From NCBI GenBank assembly GCA_963727825.1, contig CAVSHO010000014.1, positions 42,897 to 106,896 of the forward strand: a stretch of DNA of 64,000 nt, read 5' to 3'. Position 1 is the stretch's first letter, and each line of letters begins with the position of its first letter. Below, in pieces: positions 41,870-52,661 of this stretch. The translations under genes and the position numbers were made by a program. The notes beneath the pieces are model-generated. The model worked only from the letters and a program-made list of their open reading frames with translations. It was not told where the DNA came from and made no database searches. Source of the DNA: Ignavibacteriota bacterium. GTDB lineage: Bacteria; Bacteroidota; Ignavibacteria; UBA10030.

Positions 41870-44800
41870 CTATCCTTTTAGATGAACCGTCTCCTGCCCA
41901 AAAAGCTTTTTAACCGCATCCGTAAATTGTCTGTTTGGATCAATAGTATACTTGCGAGTTAAATATATCGAATTGTTGCTTAATCCGCTACCAGAGAGAT
42001 TCAAGATACATTGGCACTTACCTTGATTGTGTTCAATTAGCTTCACTAATTCGAACACATCCTTTTCCTTTATGATATCAAGATTCAAGTCGATAATGAT
42101 ACCTTTTGCGTATTTCTTTCTTACATCATCAATGCCGATAATTTCATTGACAATGACTTTAATTGCTTCTTCATTACCATCATTCTTCCCTATCATCATA
42201 ACTATGGAACCTACTTGGAGAAGAGCGGCATATTTTTGGAATGCATCAGCGAACACAATACAATCTGCTTTACCTGTAAAATCCTCAATTGTAACAAACG
42301 CCATGGTTCTATTTCGTTTATCTATTTTCTTTTTAATGTCAGAAATAATACCACATACATGGAGTGTAGAATTTGGTTTTATAGAATCTGCTTCGCCCAA
42401 TTTCGCTGTTGATAATCCATCAATCTCATCACGATATTTCAACAAAGGATGGCCAGATACATAAAATCCTAGTACAGTTTTCTCACGCGAAAGTTTTTCC
42501 GTTTCCGTCCAATCTGGAACATTACGAAACATGGGCCGATTTGTGACTTTCGCACCACCAAGATCGAATAAATTTGACTGTCCTTTTTCAAGTTGTTCTT
42601 GCAGATTCTGCCCATAAGCTATTGCAGCTTCGACATTACTAAATATTTGAGCGCGATTATTATGAAGAGAATCAAAAGCTCCTGATTGAATAAGTCCTTC
42701 AATTGTTTTTTTATTTGCCAAACGCAGATCGACGCGTATGCAGAAATCAAAGATATCTTTGAATCGCCCTTTCTCGCCTCGTGCTTTCACAATTTGTTCT
42801 ACAGCACCTGTACCGACATTCTTAATAGCGCTCAATCCAAAGCGAATTCCCTTTGGTGTAACGACAAAGTTAACACCGCTTTCGTTGACGTCAGGAGGAA
42901 GGACATCAATCCCTAATTTTCTGCACTCATCAATAAGTATTACTATCTTATCGGTGTTGTCCATTTCGCTGGAAAGTGTTGCAGCCATATATTCGGCTGG
43001 ATAGTGTGCCTTAAGATACGCCGTTTGATAAGCCAAAACTGAATACGCAACGCTGTGCGATTTATTGAAACCGTAGGAAGCAAATTTTTCAATCAAATCA
43101 AATATTTCTGAGGCAATTTTTCTCTCAATACTTTTTGCCACAGCATTCTCTACAAATTCTTTTTTCTGCTTAGCCATCAACTCTTTATCTTTTTTTCCCA
43201 TCGCACGACGAAGCAAATCTGCTTGCGAAAGGCTAAGACCGCCGATCTCACTGGCAATTCTTATTACTTGTTCTTGATATACAATTACTCCATAGGTCTC
43301 GCGAAGAATTGGTTCAAGTTTCGCGTGTAGATAGGAGATTTTCTGCTTGCCATTTTTTCTATCGATAAAGTCAGGTATGTTTTCCATTGGACCCGGACGA
43401 TATAGCGCATTCATGGCAACGAGATCATGAATAGATGTCGGCTTAAGCTTGCGTAAATAATCCTGCATGCCAGTACTTTCAAACTGGAACAGCGCCACAG
43501 TCTGTCCCCGTGTGAATAGTTCCAAAGTTTTTTGATCCGCTTCTGGAATTTTGGATAAATCCAATTTTATTCCATGTCCTTCTTCAACCATCTTCAGAGC
43601 ATCATCTATCACAGTCAGCGTACGCAAACCAAGAAAATCCATCTTGAGTAGACCGGCGTCTTCAAGATCCTTCATATTGTATTGCGTCATTAAATCGGTT
43701 TGTGGAGTTTTATACATCGGCACATAATCGCTAATGTCTCCTGGCGCAATTACAACGCCGGCTGCGTGGGTTGAAAGATTACGATTCATTCCTTCAAGTA
43801 CTTTTGCCGTATCAATCAACAGCTTTATTTTTTCATCGGAACTCTGATTTACCCATTTTAGATCTGGGACATTTTTTAACGCATCTTCAATGCGCGCCAC
43901 TTTTCCTTGAAATACCGGAATTTGTTTTGTTATAGAATCGATGACGGATAATTGAATACCGAGAACTCTACCAACATCCTTAAGTGCCGCACGGGATGAC
44001 ATTGTACCGAATGTGGCAATCTGCGCAACAGATTTTTCGCCGTACTTTTGTTTTACATAATCAATTACTTTTTCACGTTTATTATCTGCAAAATCAATAT
44101 CTATGTCAGGCATGGAAACACGATCTGGATTAAGAAATCTCTCAAAAAGCAAATCATATTTGAGTGGATCGACATCTGTGATTCCTAATGCATAAGAAAC
44201 GATGCTCCCTGCTGCGCTTCCTCTGCCCGGACCGACAGGAACATCCATCGAACGAGCAGCATTTATAAAATCCTGAACTATGAGAAAATATCCCGCATAT
44301 CCCATGTTCTTTATTACATTTATTTCATGAACAACCCGCTCTTCGATCTCAGGCGTGATTGTTTCATATCTTTTTGGGATTTTTTCTCGCACGAGTCGTT
44401 CAAAATATTCATTAAGATCAGTACTGCCTGCTTCCGGCGGAATAGGAAATGCCGGCATATGATTTTTATTTAATTCTATTTGCAGATTGCATTTGTCTGT
44501 AATTTCTAATGTAGATTGGATTGCTTCTGGATAATCTTTGAATAACGCGATCATTTCATCAGATGATTTGAAATAGAGTTGATCTGTTTTGTACCTAAGC
44601 GTCAGATAATCAGATGTGTTTGTGCTGCTCGCTTCCGGGATATAGAGCATGATATTATGCGGCAGAGCATGCTCTTGCAGGATATAATGGCAATCGTTTG
44701 TTGCAACCAATTTTATACCAAGTTCGCGCGCTATCTTAGGCGCACCTTCAAGGATAGACTGTTCGTTCTGCAAGCCATGGTTTTGAATTTCCAAATAAAA

Positions 44801-45331
44801 ATCTTCGCCGAATACATCTCGATAAATCGACGCAAATTCCATAGCCTCATTATAGTCACCGTTCACAAGTTGTTCATTGACGATTCCAGCTTGGCATGCA
44901 GATGTCGCAATAATTCCTTCATGATATTTCGATAAAACTTCAACGTCAATTCGAGGTTTGAAATAGAATCCTTCCGTATGTCCAATAGTGCAAAGGCGAA
45001 TTAGATTTTTATATCCGACTGCATCTTTTGCCAACAAAACAATATGGTTGTAAATACCACGTCCTTCTCTCTTGTTTAATCGATTCGTATCTACTTTCTT
45101 TTCAAACCGGCTTCCTTTGGTAACAATATACGCTTCACAGCCAATGATAGGCTTTATACCTGCTTTATCGGCACGTTTGTAAAATTCAATAGCACCAAAA
45201 AGCACGCCGTGATCAGTAATCGCCACTGCCGGCATATTATTTGTCACAGCAGCACTTACAAGACTCTGGACTGTTGCCGCCCCGTCAAGAAGGCTGTAAT
45301 GTGTGTGATTATGGAGATGAACAAACTGCAT
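41870..45331 (-). CDS. dnaE: DNA polymerase III alpha subunit
   Basis: PHP HLHNHTHYSLLDG, GRGSAAGS, PDIDID, YGFNKSH; no intein seen. Confidence 0.97.
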   Translation of the reverse strand: MQFVHLHNHTHYSLLDGAATVQSLVSAAVTNNMPAVAITDHGVLFGAIEFYKRADKAGIKPIIGCEAYIVTKGSRFEKKVDTNRLNKREGRGIYNHIVLLAKDAVGYKNLIRLCTIGHTEGFYFKPRIDVEVLSKYHEGIIATSACQAGIVNEQLVNGDYNEAMEFASIYRDVFGEDFYLEIQNHGLQNEQSILEGAPKIARELGIKLVATNDCHYILQEHALPHNIMLYIPEASSTNTSDYLTLRYKTDQLYFKSSDEMIALFKDYPEAIQSTLEITDKCNLQIELNKNHMPAFPIPPEAGSTDLNEYFERLVREKIPKRYETITPEIEERVVHEINVIKNMGYAGYFLIVQDFINAARSMDVPVGPGRGSAAGSIVSYALGITDVDPLKYDLLFERFLNPDRVSMPDIDIDFADNKREKVIDYVKQKYGEKSVAQIATFGTMSSRAALKDVGRVLGIQLSVIDSITKQIPVFQGKVARIEDALKNVPDLKWVNQSSDEKIKLLIDTAKVLEGMNRNLSTHAAGVVIAPGDISDYVPMYKTPQTDLMTQYNMKDLEDAGLLKMDFLGLRTLTVIDDALKMVEEGHGIKLDLSKIPEADQKTLELFTRGQTVALFQFESTGMQDYLRKLKPTSIHDLVAMNALYRPGPMENIPDFIDRKNGKQKISYLHAKLEPILRETYGVIVYQEQVIRIASEIGGLSLSQADLLRRAMGKKDKELMAKQKKEFVENAVAKSIERKIASEIFDLIEKFASYGFNKSHSVAYSVLAYQTAYLKAHYPAEYMAATLSSEMDNTDKIVILIDECRKLGIDVLPPDVNESGVNFVVTPKGIRFGLSAIKNVGTGAVEQIVKARGEKGRFKDIFDFCIRVDLRLANKKTIEGLIQSGAFDSLHNNRAQIFSNVEAAIAYGQNLQEQLEKGQSNLFDLGGAKVTNRPMFRNVPDWTETEKLSREKTVLGFYVSGHPLLKYRDEIDGLSTAKLGEADSIKPNSTLHVCGIISDIKKKIDKRNRTMAFVTIEDFTGKADCIVFADAFQKYAALLQVGSIVMMIGKNDGNEEAIKVIVNEIIGIDDVRKKYAKGIIIDLNLDIIKEKDVFELVKLIEHNQGKCQCILNLSGSGLSNNSIYLTRKYTIDPNRQFTDAVKKLFGQETVHLKG

Positions 45332-45476
45332 GGAACTGCTTATAACCAAGGGGAAATTCCAAATTCTAATCTACTAATCCTAAACAAAATACAAATATCA
45401 AGACCAACAATTAAGATCATTTATTTGTGATTTATCTGCAATTTGTTTTTGAGGGTTGAGTTTTTCTAAATCTCTA

Positions 45477-47168
45477 TTATAGTAACAACTTTTGTATTTC
45501 TGAAAGAGCATCTTCAAGCTTCACAAGAATCCGTTCACCTGTTCTTCTGCGCTTGATTTCAATCTGACCATTTTTTAATCCTTTATCGCCTACAATTACT
45601 TGAAACGGCATGCCGAGCAAATCTGCATCTTTGAATTTAAATCCTGGAGTAATGTTTGCCCTGTCGTCAAAGAGTGTATCAACGCCAAGTTTATTAAGCT
45701 GGGTGTAAATTCGATCCGCAGCAACCACAACATCTTTGCTATTCATATTAACAGCAATCAGATGGATTTGGTATGGTGCCAGGGCTTTGTTCCAGATGAT
45801 ACCATCTTTGTCATGATTCTGTTCAATATAGCAAGCCACGATACGTTCCATACCGATTCCGTAGCTGCCCATAATCACTGGCTGGGCTTTGCCGCTTTCA
45901 TCAAGATAGGTGATGTTGAGTGCATCGGAGTATTTTGTACCAAGCTTGAAGATATGTCCAAGCTCAATAGCGTTGGATATCTTTAACGGTGCCAAGCATT
46001 TGGGGCAAGGTTCACCAGCCTCAATTGATCGCAAGTCATAGTAACCTTCAATTTTAGCATCGCGAGCTAAATCTATATTCGCGAGATGATAATCATTCCG
46101 ATTCGCACCACTTATAAGACCATTCATGCCTTCTAATCGCTTGTCACCAATAATCCTAAATCCTTTTATGTTAACTGGTCCAATAGAGCCGCCGTCTGCA
46201 CCTGTAAGCGCCAACAATTCTTCTGCACCAATAGGTGTTGCATCACTACTACCCAATGCAACAGCAAGTTTTGATTCATTGAGTTGGTCATTTCCCAGCA
46301 TGAGAATTAGAAGTGGTTTACTATTATGCCTATATACAAGCGATTTTGCGAAGCGGGATTGATCAGTCTTTAGGAACTCTACAAGCTGGTCAATTGTCTT
46401 TACATTCGGCGTATGAATTTCTTTCAATGGCTCGTTGTTCTCAACTCGATTAACTTTGGGCATGTTGGAAGTCGCTACCTCTAAGTTCGCAGCATACCCG
46501 CACTTTGCGCAAAGAGCTGTAGTGTCTTCTCCGGATTCTGATTCGATCATAAATTCCTGTGAGCCTGTTCCGCCCATTGCACCGCTGGATGCCCCGACGA
46601 TAAAGAACTTAATTCCGCACCGTGTAAATATTTTCTTGTATGCTTCAGCTTGTGCATCATAGCTTTTATCCAGATCTTCCCACGAACGATCCAGCGAATA
46701 CGCATCCTTCATAATAAATTGCCGCCCACGGAGAACACCTGAACGAGGTCGCGGTTCATTTCTGAATTTTGTCTGTATCTGGTACCAAATCTGCGGTAAA
46801 TCTTTGTACGATTGAATGTGCATGCTTGCAATATAACCGATAACCTCCTCATGCGTTGGCGCAAGTACTAATTCCCGTTCTTTAATGCTGAAAATAAAGT
46901 TTGGTACATTGCGCCTTCCAGATTGAATCCAAAGCGATTCTGGATTTAATGCAGGTAGAAGTAATTCCTGTCCACCGATGGCATTCATTTCCTCTCGAAC
47001 AATATTCATTGCAATAGTGATTGCTCGCAAACCAAGCGGCAAGTAGGAATAAACTCCTGCCGTTAATTGGCGCATCATTCCAGACCTTAGCATCAATTGA
47101 TGACTTGGAATATTTGCATCTGCCGGAATTTCTTTAAGAGTCGGGATAAAAGCTTGACTAAGTTTCAT
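45477..47168 (-). CDS. proS: Proline--tRNA ligase
   Basis: PTHEE, FRNEPRPR, GHIFKLG, MGSYGIG. Confidence 0.97.
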   Translation of the reverse strand: MKLSQAFIPTLKEIPADANIPSHQLMLRSGMMRQLTAGVYSYLPLGLRAITIAMNIVREEMNAIGGQELLLPALNPESLWIQSGRRNVPNFIFSIKERELVLAPTHEEVIGYIASMHIQSYKDLPQIWYQIQTKFRNEPRPRSGVLRGRQFIMKDAYSLDRSWEDLDKSYDAQAEAYKKIFTRCGIKFFIVGASSGAMGGTGSQEFMIESESGEDTTALCAKCGYAANLEVATSNMPKVNRVENNEPLKEIHTPNVKTIDQLVEFLKTDQSRFAKSLVYRHNSKPLLILMLGNDQLNESKLAVALGSSDATPIGAEELLALTGADGGSIGPVNIKGFRIIGDKRLEGMNGLISGANRNDYHLANIDLARDAKIEGYYDLRSIEAGEPCPKCLAPLKISNAIELGHIFKLGTKYSDALNITYLDESGKAQPVIMGSYGIGMERIVACYIEQNHDKDGIIWNKALAPYQIHLIAVNMNSKDVVVAADRIYTQLNKLGVDTLFDDRANITPGFKFKDADLLGMPFQVIVGDKGLKNGQIEIKRRRTGERILVKLEDALSEIQKLLL

Positions 47169-47273
47169 AATGTATTTTTCAAATTTGTTAATTTAGTATT
47201 CATATTTAATATAGAAAAAGTCAATTCCCTTAAGCACGTAATCACACTTCTACAATCCGAAATTGGCAATTTT

Positions 47274-47581
47274 CTGTACCCCCGAAAGGATTCTCCCGAT
47301 GCATCCTGCATCGGGACGACCAACGGTTTAGTACCAATGTAACAAAAGTTAGCAAACGGATAACAGTTAACTTTTAATTTGCATTGTGAATCCCGCTTTA
47401 GCAGGAGATACTATTCCAAAGAATTACCTGTACCCCCGAGAGGAGTTTTCCGATGCATCCTGCATCGGGACTACCAACGTTTTAGCCCCAATGTAACAAA
47501 AGTTAGCAAACGGATAACAGCTACCTTTTAATTTGCATTGTGAATCCCGCTTTAGCAGGAGATACTATTCCAAATAATTAC
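47274..47581. repeat. Two 154-bp tandem units each carrying a tRNA-Arg 3' half with the T-arm replaced by a hairpin
   Basis: CTGTACCCCCG at 47274, 47428 and 47582; TCCCGATGCA-TCC-TGCATCGGGA at 47294..47316 and 47448..47470. Confidence 0.9.
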
Positions 47582-47584
47582 CTG

Positions 47585-47658
47585 TACCCCCGAGAGGAGT
47601 CGAACCTCCGACCAACGGTTTAGGAAACCGCTGCTCTATCCATCTGAGCTACGGGGGC
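47585..47658 (-). tRNA. tRNA-Arg(CCT)
   Basis: GCCCCCGTAGCTCAG..GCGGT-TT-CCT-AA-ACCGT..GGTTCGACTCC. Confidence 0.95.
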
Positions 47659-47967
47659 GTTGTTTTTATTCCTATGTCGGCAAATTGTCCTTCAACCTCA
47701 TACAGATAATGCCTAATTTATTTCATCTTTAACTCATTGAATACAATTGTAGAAGTAAAATACAAAAGATTGTAGAGTGAAGCAATTCAACTGACAATTC
47801 AAAAACAGCGCTAATTTTTGAATAATAAATATAAGTGAGAATATTTCCTTCTCGGTGCAGCTGTTGAGGTTGGATGAACAAATCTTGTTTAGGTGAACGA
47901 ATTGAACTACCGAAGTGACTGCTAATAGCTATTATTTTACTGTCTACTAAATATTTGATGCACAGAT

Positions 47968-48723
47968 TTACCAGCGACTATTCATCTGTTGAAAACTTTT
48001 ATCCAATTCTTCTCTAGAAGCTCTGATTGATTTTTCCGTCATTCCATAACCTATTTCAAATACATCATCCTTGAGGTATTTCATTACGGATGCCACAAAT
48101 TCTTCAGGCGTTAAATTTGCTTTAAAGTTTCCTCTTTTGGCCCTTCCATCTGGATTTAATTCTGTATCGACTGCGGGTGGAACAACTTCAAATACTTTGA
48201 TCCCGAGCTTTAAAAGTTGATGCCTAAGCGCAATAGAAAAAGCGTGCAATCCGGCTTTAGTCGCACTATATACCGGCATTCGGGCGGCTGGTACAAAACC
48301 TAATCCTGATGAAATATTAATAATTGCAGCTTCTTTCTTTCCGGTTAGATATGGAATAAACATTCCTGACAAGACTATCGGCGCTTCTAAATTGATTTTG
48401 ATTTCACTTTCTCCAGCAAGAAATTCATTAATACCTTTAGTAAAATCAATATCTCTTTGCACTCCAGCATTGTTAATGAGAATATTCAAATTGCTGAAGT
48501 TGGCAGTTATCCATTCCACAAGTTCTTCTCGATCCGCTTCTTCAGCTACATCACATACTTTGACATGAAGCTCCCGATGTTTTTTTTGAGCTTCAAGAAG
48601 TCTTTCTTCCCTTCGGCCGCAAATGATGACTTGATTCTTCGCTTCCAGGAAAGCTTCGGCCATTGCATAACCTATTCCTGTTGCCCCACCTGTGATTAGT
48701 ACGATATTTCCTGAAATCTCCAT
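47968..48723 (-). CDS. SDR oxidoreductase (DltE-like)
   Basis: TGGATGIG, NNAG, YSATK. Confidence 0.9.
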   Translation of the reverse strand: MEISGNIVLITGGATGIGYAMAEAFLEAKNQVIICGRREERLLEAQKKHRELHVKVCDVAEEADREELVEWITANFSNLNILINNAGVQRDIDFTKGINEFLAGESEIKINLEAPIVLSGMFIPYLTGKKEAAIINISSGLGFVPAARMPVYSATKAGLHAFSIALRHQLLKLGIKVFEVVPPAVDTELNPDGRAKRGNFKANLTPEEFVASVMKYLKDDVFEIGYGMTEKSIRASREELDKSFQQMNSRW

Positions 48724-48738
48724 TTGAAATCTCCACTA

Positions 48739-49431
48739 TTATTTTTTAACAGGATATCCAATGGTTTGGCCAAAGAGTACTCGTTGGTTACTATCTAAAC
48801 TTAACTTTTCTGTAAGGCTGGGTTTATTGCAATTATGGAACCATGATGCCAAGCCTTGAGCCGCAGCAAACAAATATACATTGCCTGCAATGAGACCTGT
48901 ATCGACATAGTAATATGATTTTTGAATTTCAGGATCCTGCAATCCGGGTTCTTGAAAACCTGATGTTTTAGAAAGTTTATTTACATCGACGACATAAATA
49001 ATCTGAATTGGAGCCTTCGCTATAAAATTCGCTTGACCAGGACCAATTGCCAGTGCACGAAAATCACCGACAACAACTGGAATCAGACTATTCTGAAATG
49101 CATTATACAAGTAAATTCCCTCCTGCATGGCAATATAAAGATCAATTTCCTGCGAGTTGCTCGCCGATGCAGCGGTTCTTCCAGGAATTCCGAATGGACC
49201 TATTTTACGATTTATACCATATGCTGCCCAGAGGAGATTTGAAAGGTGCTGCAAAGAAAGTTTTTTATCGCTTATATCACGGAGAGTTTTTCTTTGCTGT
49301 AATGCTTTGAACACCGACGAATCACGATCACAGGCGGGCTTCGGCATTTTGATCGTCAGCAGATTCTTTGCAGAATTTTGACGTTCCGGCACAGAAGCAG
49401 TCCGGTTATTTTTCTTTTCTTTCTGAATCAT
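48739..49431 (-). CDS. Nitroreductase family (SagB/ThcOx-like)
   Basis: LSNLLWAAYG, RTAASA, DTGLIAGNVYLFA. Confidence 0.85.
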   Translation of the reverse strand: MIQKEKKNNRTASVPERQNSAKNLLTIKMPKPACDRDSSVFKALQQRKTLRDISDKKLSLQHLSNLLWAAYGINRKIGPFGIPGRTAASASNSQEIDLYIAMQEGIYLYNAFQNSLIPVVVGDFRALAIGPGQANFIAKAPIQIIYVVDVNKLSKTSGFQEPGLQDPEIQKSYYYVDTGLIAGNVYLFAAAQGLASWFHNCNKPSLTEKLSLDSNQRVLFGQTIGYPVKK

Positions 49432-49608
49432 AAAATCCCCTTTTCTTGCTTTGGAATTTTCTTTGAATGCAGTTCCATGGGAGTTCAAGATATCTTTCCC
49501 TGATGAAAGATCAAGTGCTTATAATTACTGACTGCAGGAATTATCTTAACGTGTAGGTAACTGTATACATGAAATAAATGTAAGAGAACAAACTGTTTCG
49601 TTTTCTTC

Positions 49609-52443
49609 TCAACGCACAGTATAGGTGAATGTGAGTATTAAATATCTCTTCAGGACTTCATTGCTATCGTCTTCGATGTATGAACTTGCAATTGTTCTCG
49701 AAAGGCTTTTGTTTTGCCCGAGGAGATCGGCAACAGACAATTTGATTTCTCCGGCTTGTTTAGCAAAAAGCTTTTTTGCAAGGCTCATATTCCAGAGAAT
49801 AGAATTTTGGTTATACCCGTTGCTTTGACCGTTGTTCAACACATTATTAATTTCATCATGAAAAACTACGCCGTCCCAAAATATCCAGTTGAATCTGAGA
49901 CCTGCTGTATGGGAATAATAATTGGAATTCAAGCCAGATTGAAGAGTATTTCGGCTGACCGAATAGTTTCCAAGATAACTGAGTGTAAAGTCTAAATTCG
50001 GGCTAATATTGCTGCCGAGGACGCACCCCGCCGTAGAGGTGAGCGCATGGGCAATATTCATGGCATAGTTGACCGCGCCGGGAGTTTGCGTATAACTGAC
50101 ACCGCCACTCAGATTGACATTGGTTTTGATGAGATCGATAGGAAATCCGTATGTTGTGAACGAACGTACCGACCAGTATCCGTCGAAGTTTTGGGGTATC
50201 GTGAGTTGTGTGCCGGGAGATACTTTCGTTCCATCGACAACAGTGTCCCGACTCGGCGCAAATACTTCGTTGCCGATATAATCATTTGTAAATGTTGCAG
50301 AGAGCAGAAAGAAAAAGCTTCGTCCCTCTTCAGGTGTTGTCATCGAAAAACGGGAGAGCAAGGTTTGCGTGTAAGATTGTTTCAAATTTGAGTTTCCGGC
50401 AGTAAGGAGTAGTGGATTTGAATTGTTCACTACATCCTGTAATTGCGTCACTGCAGGCGCGCGGGTCGATGTCTGATAATAGATTCGAACGTTTTCATGG
50501 TTGGGTAACTTCCAATTGAACATTACATCGGGCAAAATGCTTGTAAATATTTTCCTGGTGGATGCCGAGTACGGAAAAGTCTGTTCATTAGAAAGATATG
50601 CTTGCTGCCCTTCGATGTGCATGTTAAAATTTATAGTTGAGTCATTATAACGATAACCAAAGCCTCCAGCTTGAGTCGAATATCGTGTTCCGTATGTGTT
50701 GGAAAGGGAAGGTTGAAAATTAGAATATTGCTGGGTAAGTGAATCGAATTCGTACGTGCGTGTGTCCGCTGTTCCGTGGGAAAAAGTGGGTTGATAGTTG
50801 ATTTCTAAAAGATGATTGCCGCCAAGTGGTTCTGTATATATGAGGCTTGGCGCAAGAGAGATATTACTAGCCGTGCCATCCGAATATTGAATGACCGGAG
50901 CAATCGAGTCTGGCGTTCCTGACATACTACTGCTCAATGCATTAAGATTAGTCGAACTTTCCTTGTAACTTTCGCCGAATCCGATATCAAGAGAGATCGT
51001 TCGTCCCGGGGTATCAAATCTATGCCGCAGAGTAAGGTGACCCGCAAGATTATTTCCGGTTGTTATCGTTTGGTTTTGTGTCTGCGTCTGCGAAACGGGA
51101 GTTCCGTCCGCAAGACTGTTTATAGCAATTTGATTATTCGAAGCATGATTATCCTGATAAGCAAATTGTGGAGTGAATGTAATACTGTTTGCTCGATCGA
51201 TTGCATAATCCCACCGTGCACTAAATCTGTGATTATAATTAATGCCATTGATGTCCGATTGTTGATCGTACAAAGAGCTAGAGTCGCTGGAATACAAGTA
51301 TTGGCGGTTGATATCTTGATTATTTTGATTCTTGGTCTCATTGAAAAAATAATTCATCTGAAGAAACATTCCGTGCGAGATCGAATCTGAATAATTTGCT
51401 CCGAGGAAACTGGTCGTATTGATACCCTGTTGCATGCCAATGATTGACGCACCCGTTCTTGCTGAGCCACCTGGGGTGAAGATACCTCCACGCGGAGCAG
51501 TTCCGCTGGCATTCCTCGGCCCTCTTCTGCCTCCTCCCATTCCATAATTACGTGACTGGCCTGTCCCCGACATTATGCCGAAGAGATCCTGCATCGAAAA
51601 TGCTTGCGTGTTGGTATTATTTGATGAAGCGAGAATTGTGAACCGTTGATTGCCGTTAAAAATATTGAAACTGCCATTCGATTCATATCGTTCGTCGTCG
51701 CCGTACCCTGCAGCAAATTTTCCAAAATTGGATTGCGCCGTACGTGTTCGAGTAATTACGTTCATTGTCTTGATATATTGCCCGTCGTCGAACCCCGTGA
51801 ACTGAGCCTGGTCACTCATTTGATCGAACACCTGTATCTTTTCAACGATCTCCGCCGGGAGATTACGAATTGCGAGTGTCGGATCGTCTCCGAAAAACGG
51901 TTTTCCGTCAATTAAAACTCGCTGCACAGTTTCACCATTCGTTTGCACGGTTCCTGTATTATCGACCGTAATACCAGGCATCTTGGTAACCAGTTCCTCG
52001 ATTGTCGCATCTGGATGTGTTTTAAATGCATTAGCATTGAATTCCGTTGTATCACCATTTTGAGCCGCAAGTGGAACTCTTCCCTCGATTGTAACAGCAT
52101 TGAGGTTAATCGTTGTTTCGGCCATATTTATTGTGCCTAGATCAATATCTTTTCCGACTGCTCGAATAACACGAATGATTTTTTTATAGCCAATTGTAAT
52201 TGCTTCGAACCGATACGTCCCTTTCCAATTACCGTGGAAGCGAAATCCTCCATGTGCATCGGTCGGCTGCACAAAAAAATGTGTCGTATCAGGTAGGCTG
52301 TAAAGCCAAACGGGATTGCCACTCGAAGGTGCGCCATTGGGAAAGTGTATAATTCCATAAATATCGGATTCCTGAGCCACAGCGGATGCCATGCCTAAGA
52401 AAAGAAAAAGCAGCAACAGATATAATTTCATTTGATAGATCAT
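49609..52443 (-). CDS. Outer-membrane beta-barrel/TonB-dependent-like receptor
   Basis: Signal peptide, GDTTEFNANAF..LVTKMPG, IDGKPFFGDDP, RYLILTFTY. Confidence 0.85.
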   Translation of the reverse strand: MIYQMKLYLLLLFLFLGMASAVAQESDIYGIIHFPNGAPSSGNPVWLYSLPDTTHFFVQPTDAHGGFRFHGNWKGTYRFEAITIGYKKIIRVIRAVGKDIDLGTINMAETTINLNAVTIEGRVPLAAQNGDTTEFNANAFKTHPDATIEELVTKMPGITVDNTGTVQTNGETVQRVLIDGKPFFGDDPTLAIRNLPAEIVEKIQVFDQMSDQAQFTGFDDGQYIKTMNVITRTRTAQSNFGKFAAGYGDDERYESNGSFNIFNGNQRFTILASSNNTNTQAFSMQDLFGIMSGTGQSRNYGMGGGRRGPRNASGTAPRGGIFTPGGSARTGASIIGMQQGINTTSFLGANYSDSISHGMFLQMNYFFNETKNQNNQDINRQYLYSSDSSSLYDQQSDINGINYNHRFSARWDYAIDRANSITFTPQFAYQDNHASNNQIAINSLADGTPVSQTQTQNQTITTGNNLAGHLTLRHRFDTPGRTISLDIGFGESYKESSTNLNALSSSMSGTPDSIAPVIQYSDGTASNISLAPSLIYTEPLGGNHLLEINYQPTFSHGTADTRTYEFDSLTQQYSNFQPSLSNTYGTRYSTQAGGFGYRYNDSTINFNMHIEGQQAYLSNEQTFPYSASTRKIFTSILPDVMFNWKLPNHENVRIYYQTSTRAPAVTQLQDVVNNSNPLLLTAGNSNLKQSYTQTLLSRFSMTTPEEGRSFFFLLSATFTNDYIGNEVFAPSRDTVVDGTKVSPGTQLTIPQNFDGYWSVRSFTTYGFPIDLIKTNVNLSGGVSYTQTPGAVNYAMNIAHALTSTAGCVLGSNISPNLDFTLSYLGNYSVSRNTLQSGLNSNYYSHTAGLRFNWIFWDGVVFHDEINNVLNNGQSNGYNQNSILWNMSLAKKLFAKQAGEIKLSVADLLGQNKSLSRTIASSYIEDDSNEVLKRYLILTFTYTVR

Positions 52444-52661
52444 TATATTTTACCTGAAAGACTTCCCTTTAACGAAAATTTGAATCGATTGAAATAGAAA
52501 ATCATTTTTGAAAGCACACTTAATAAACGAAGCTTTCGAGACATTGTTTCTGAAATATGAAAATCCGGGATGTAGACAGATTCATATCCATCTGCATAAC
52601 AGGCTAACGAGATGCGATAAATGTATTCGATGATCAGGGATTATGTTCAACGGTTAATTTT

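Noticed and set aside
41870-45331. Intein in DnaE
   Set aside because: Length is normal and there are no intein boundary motifs
47274-47658. CRISPR array
   Set aside because: Whole 154-bp units repeat, so there are no unique spacers; the repeat is tRNA-derived; no cas genes
52590-52655. Integron attC site (GCATAAC..GCTAAC)
   Set aside because: No matching GTTRRRY end with a paired stem, no cassette array and no integrase
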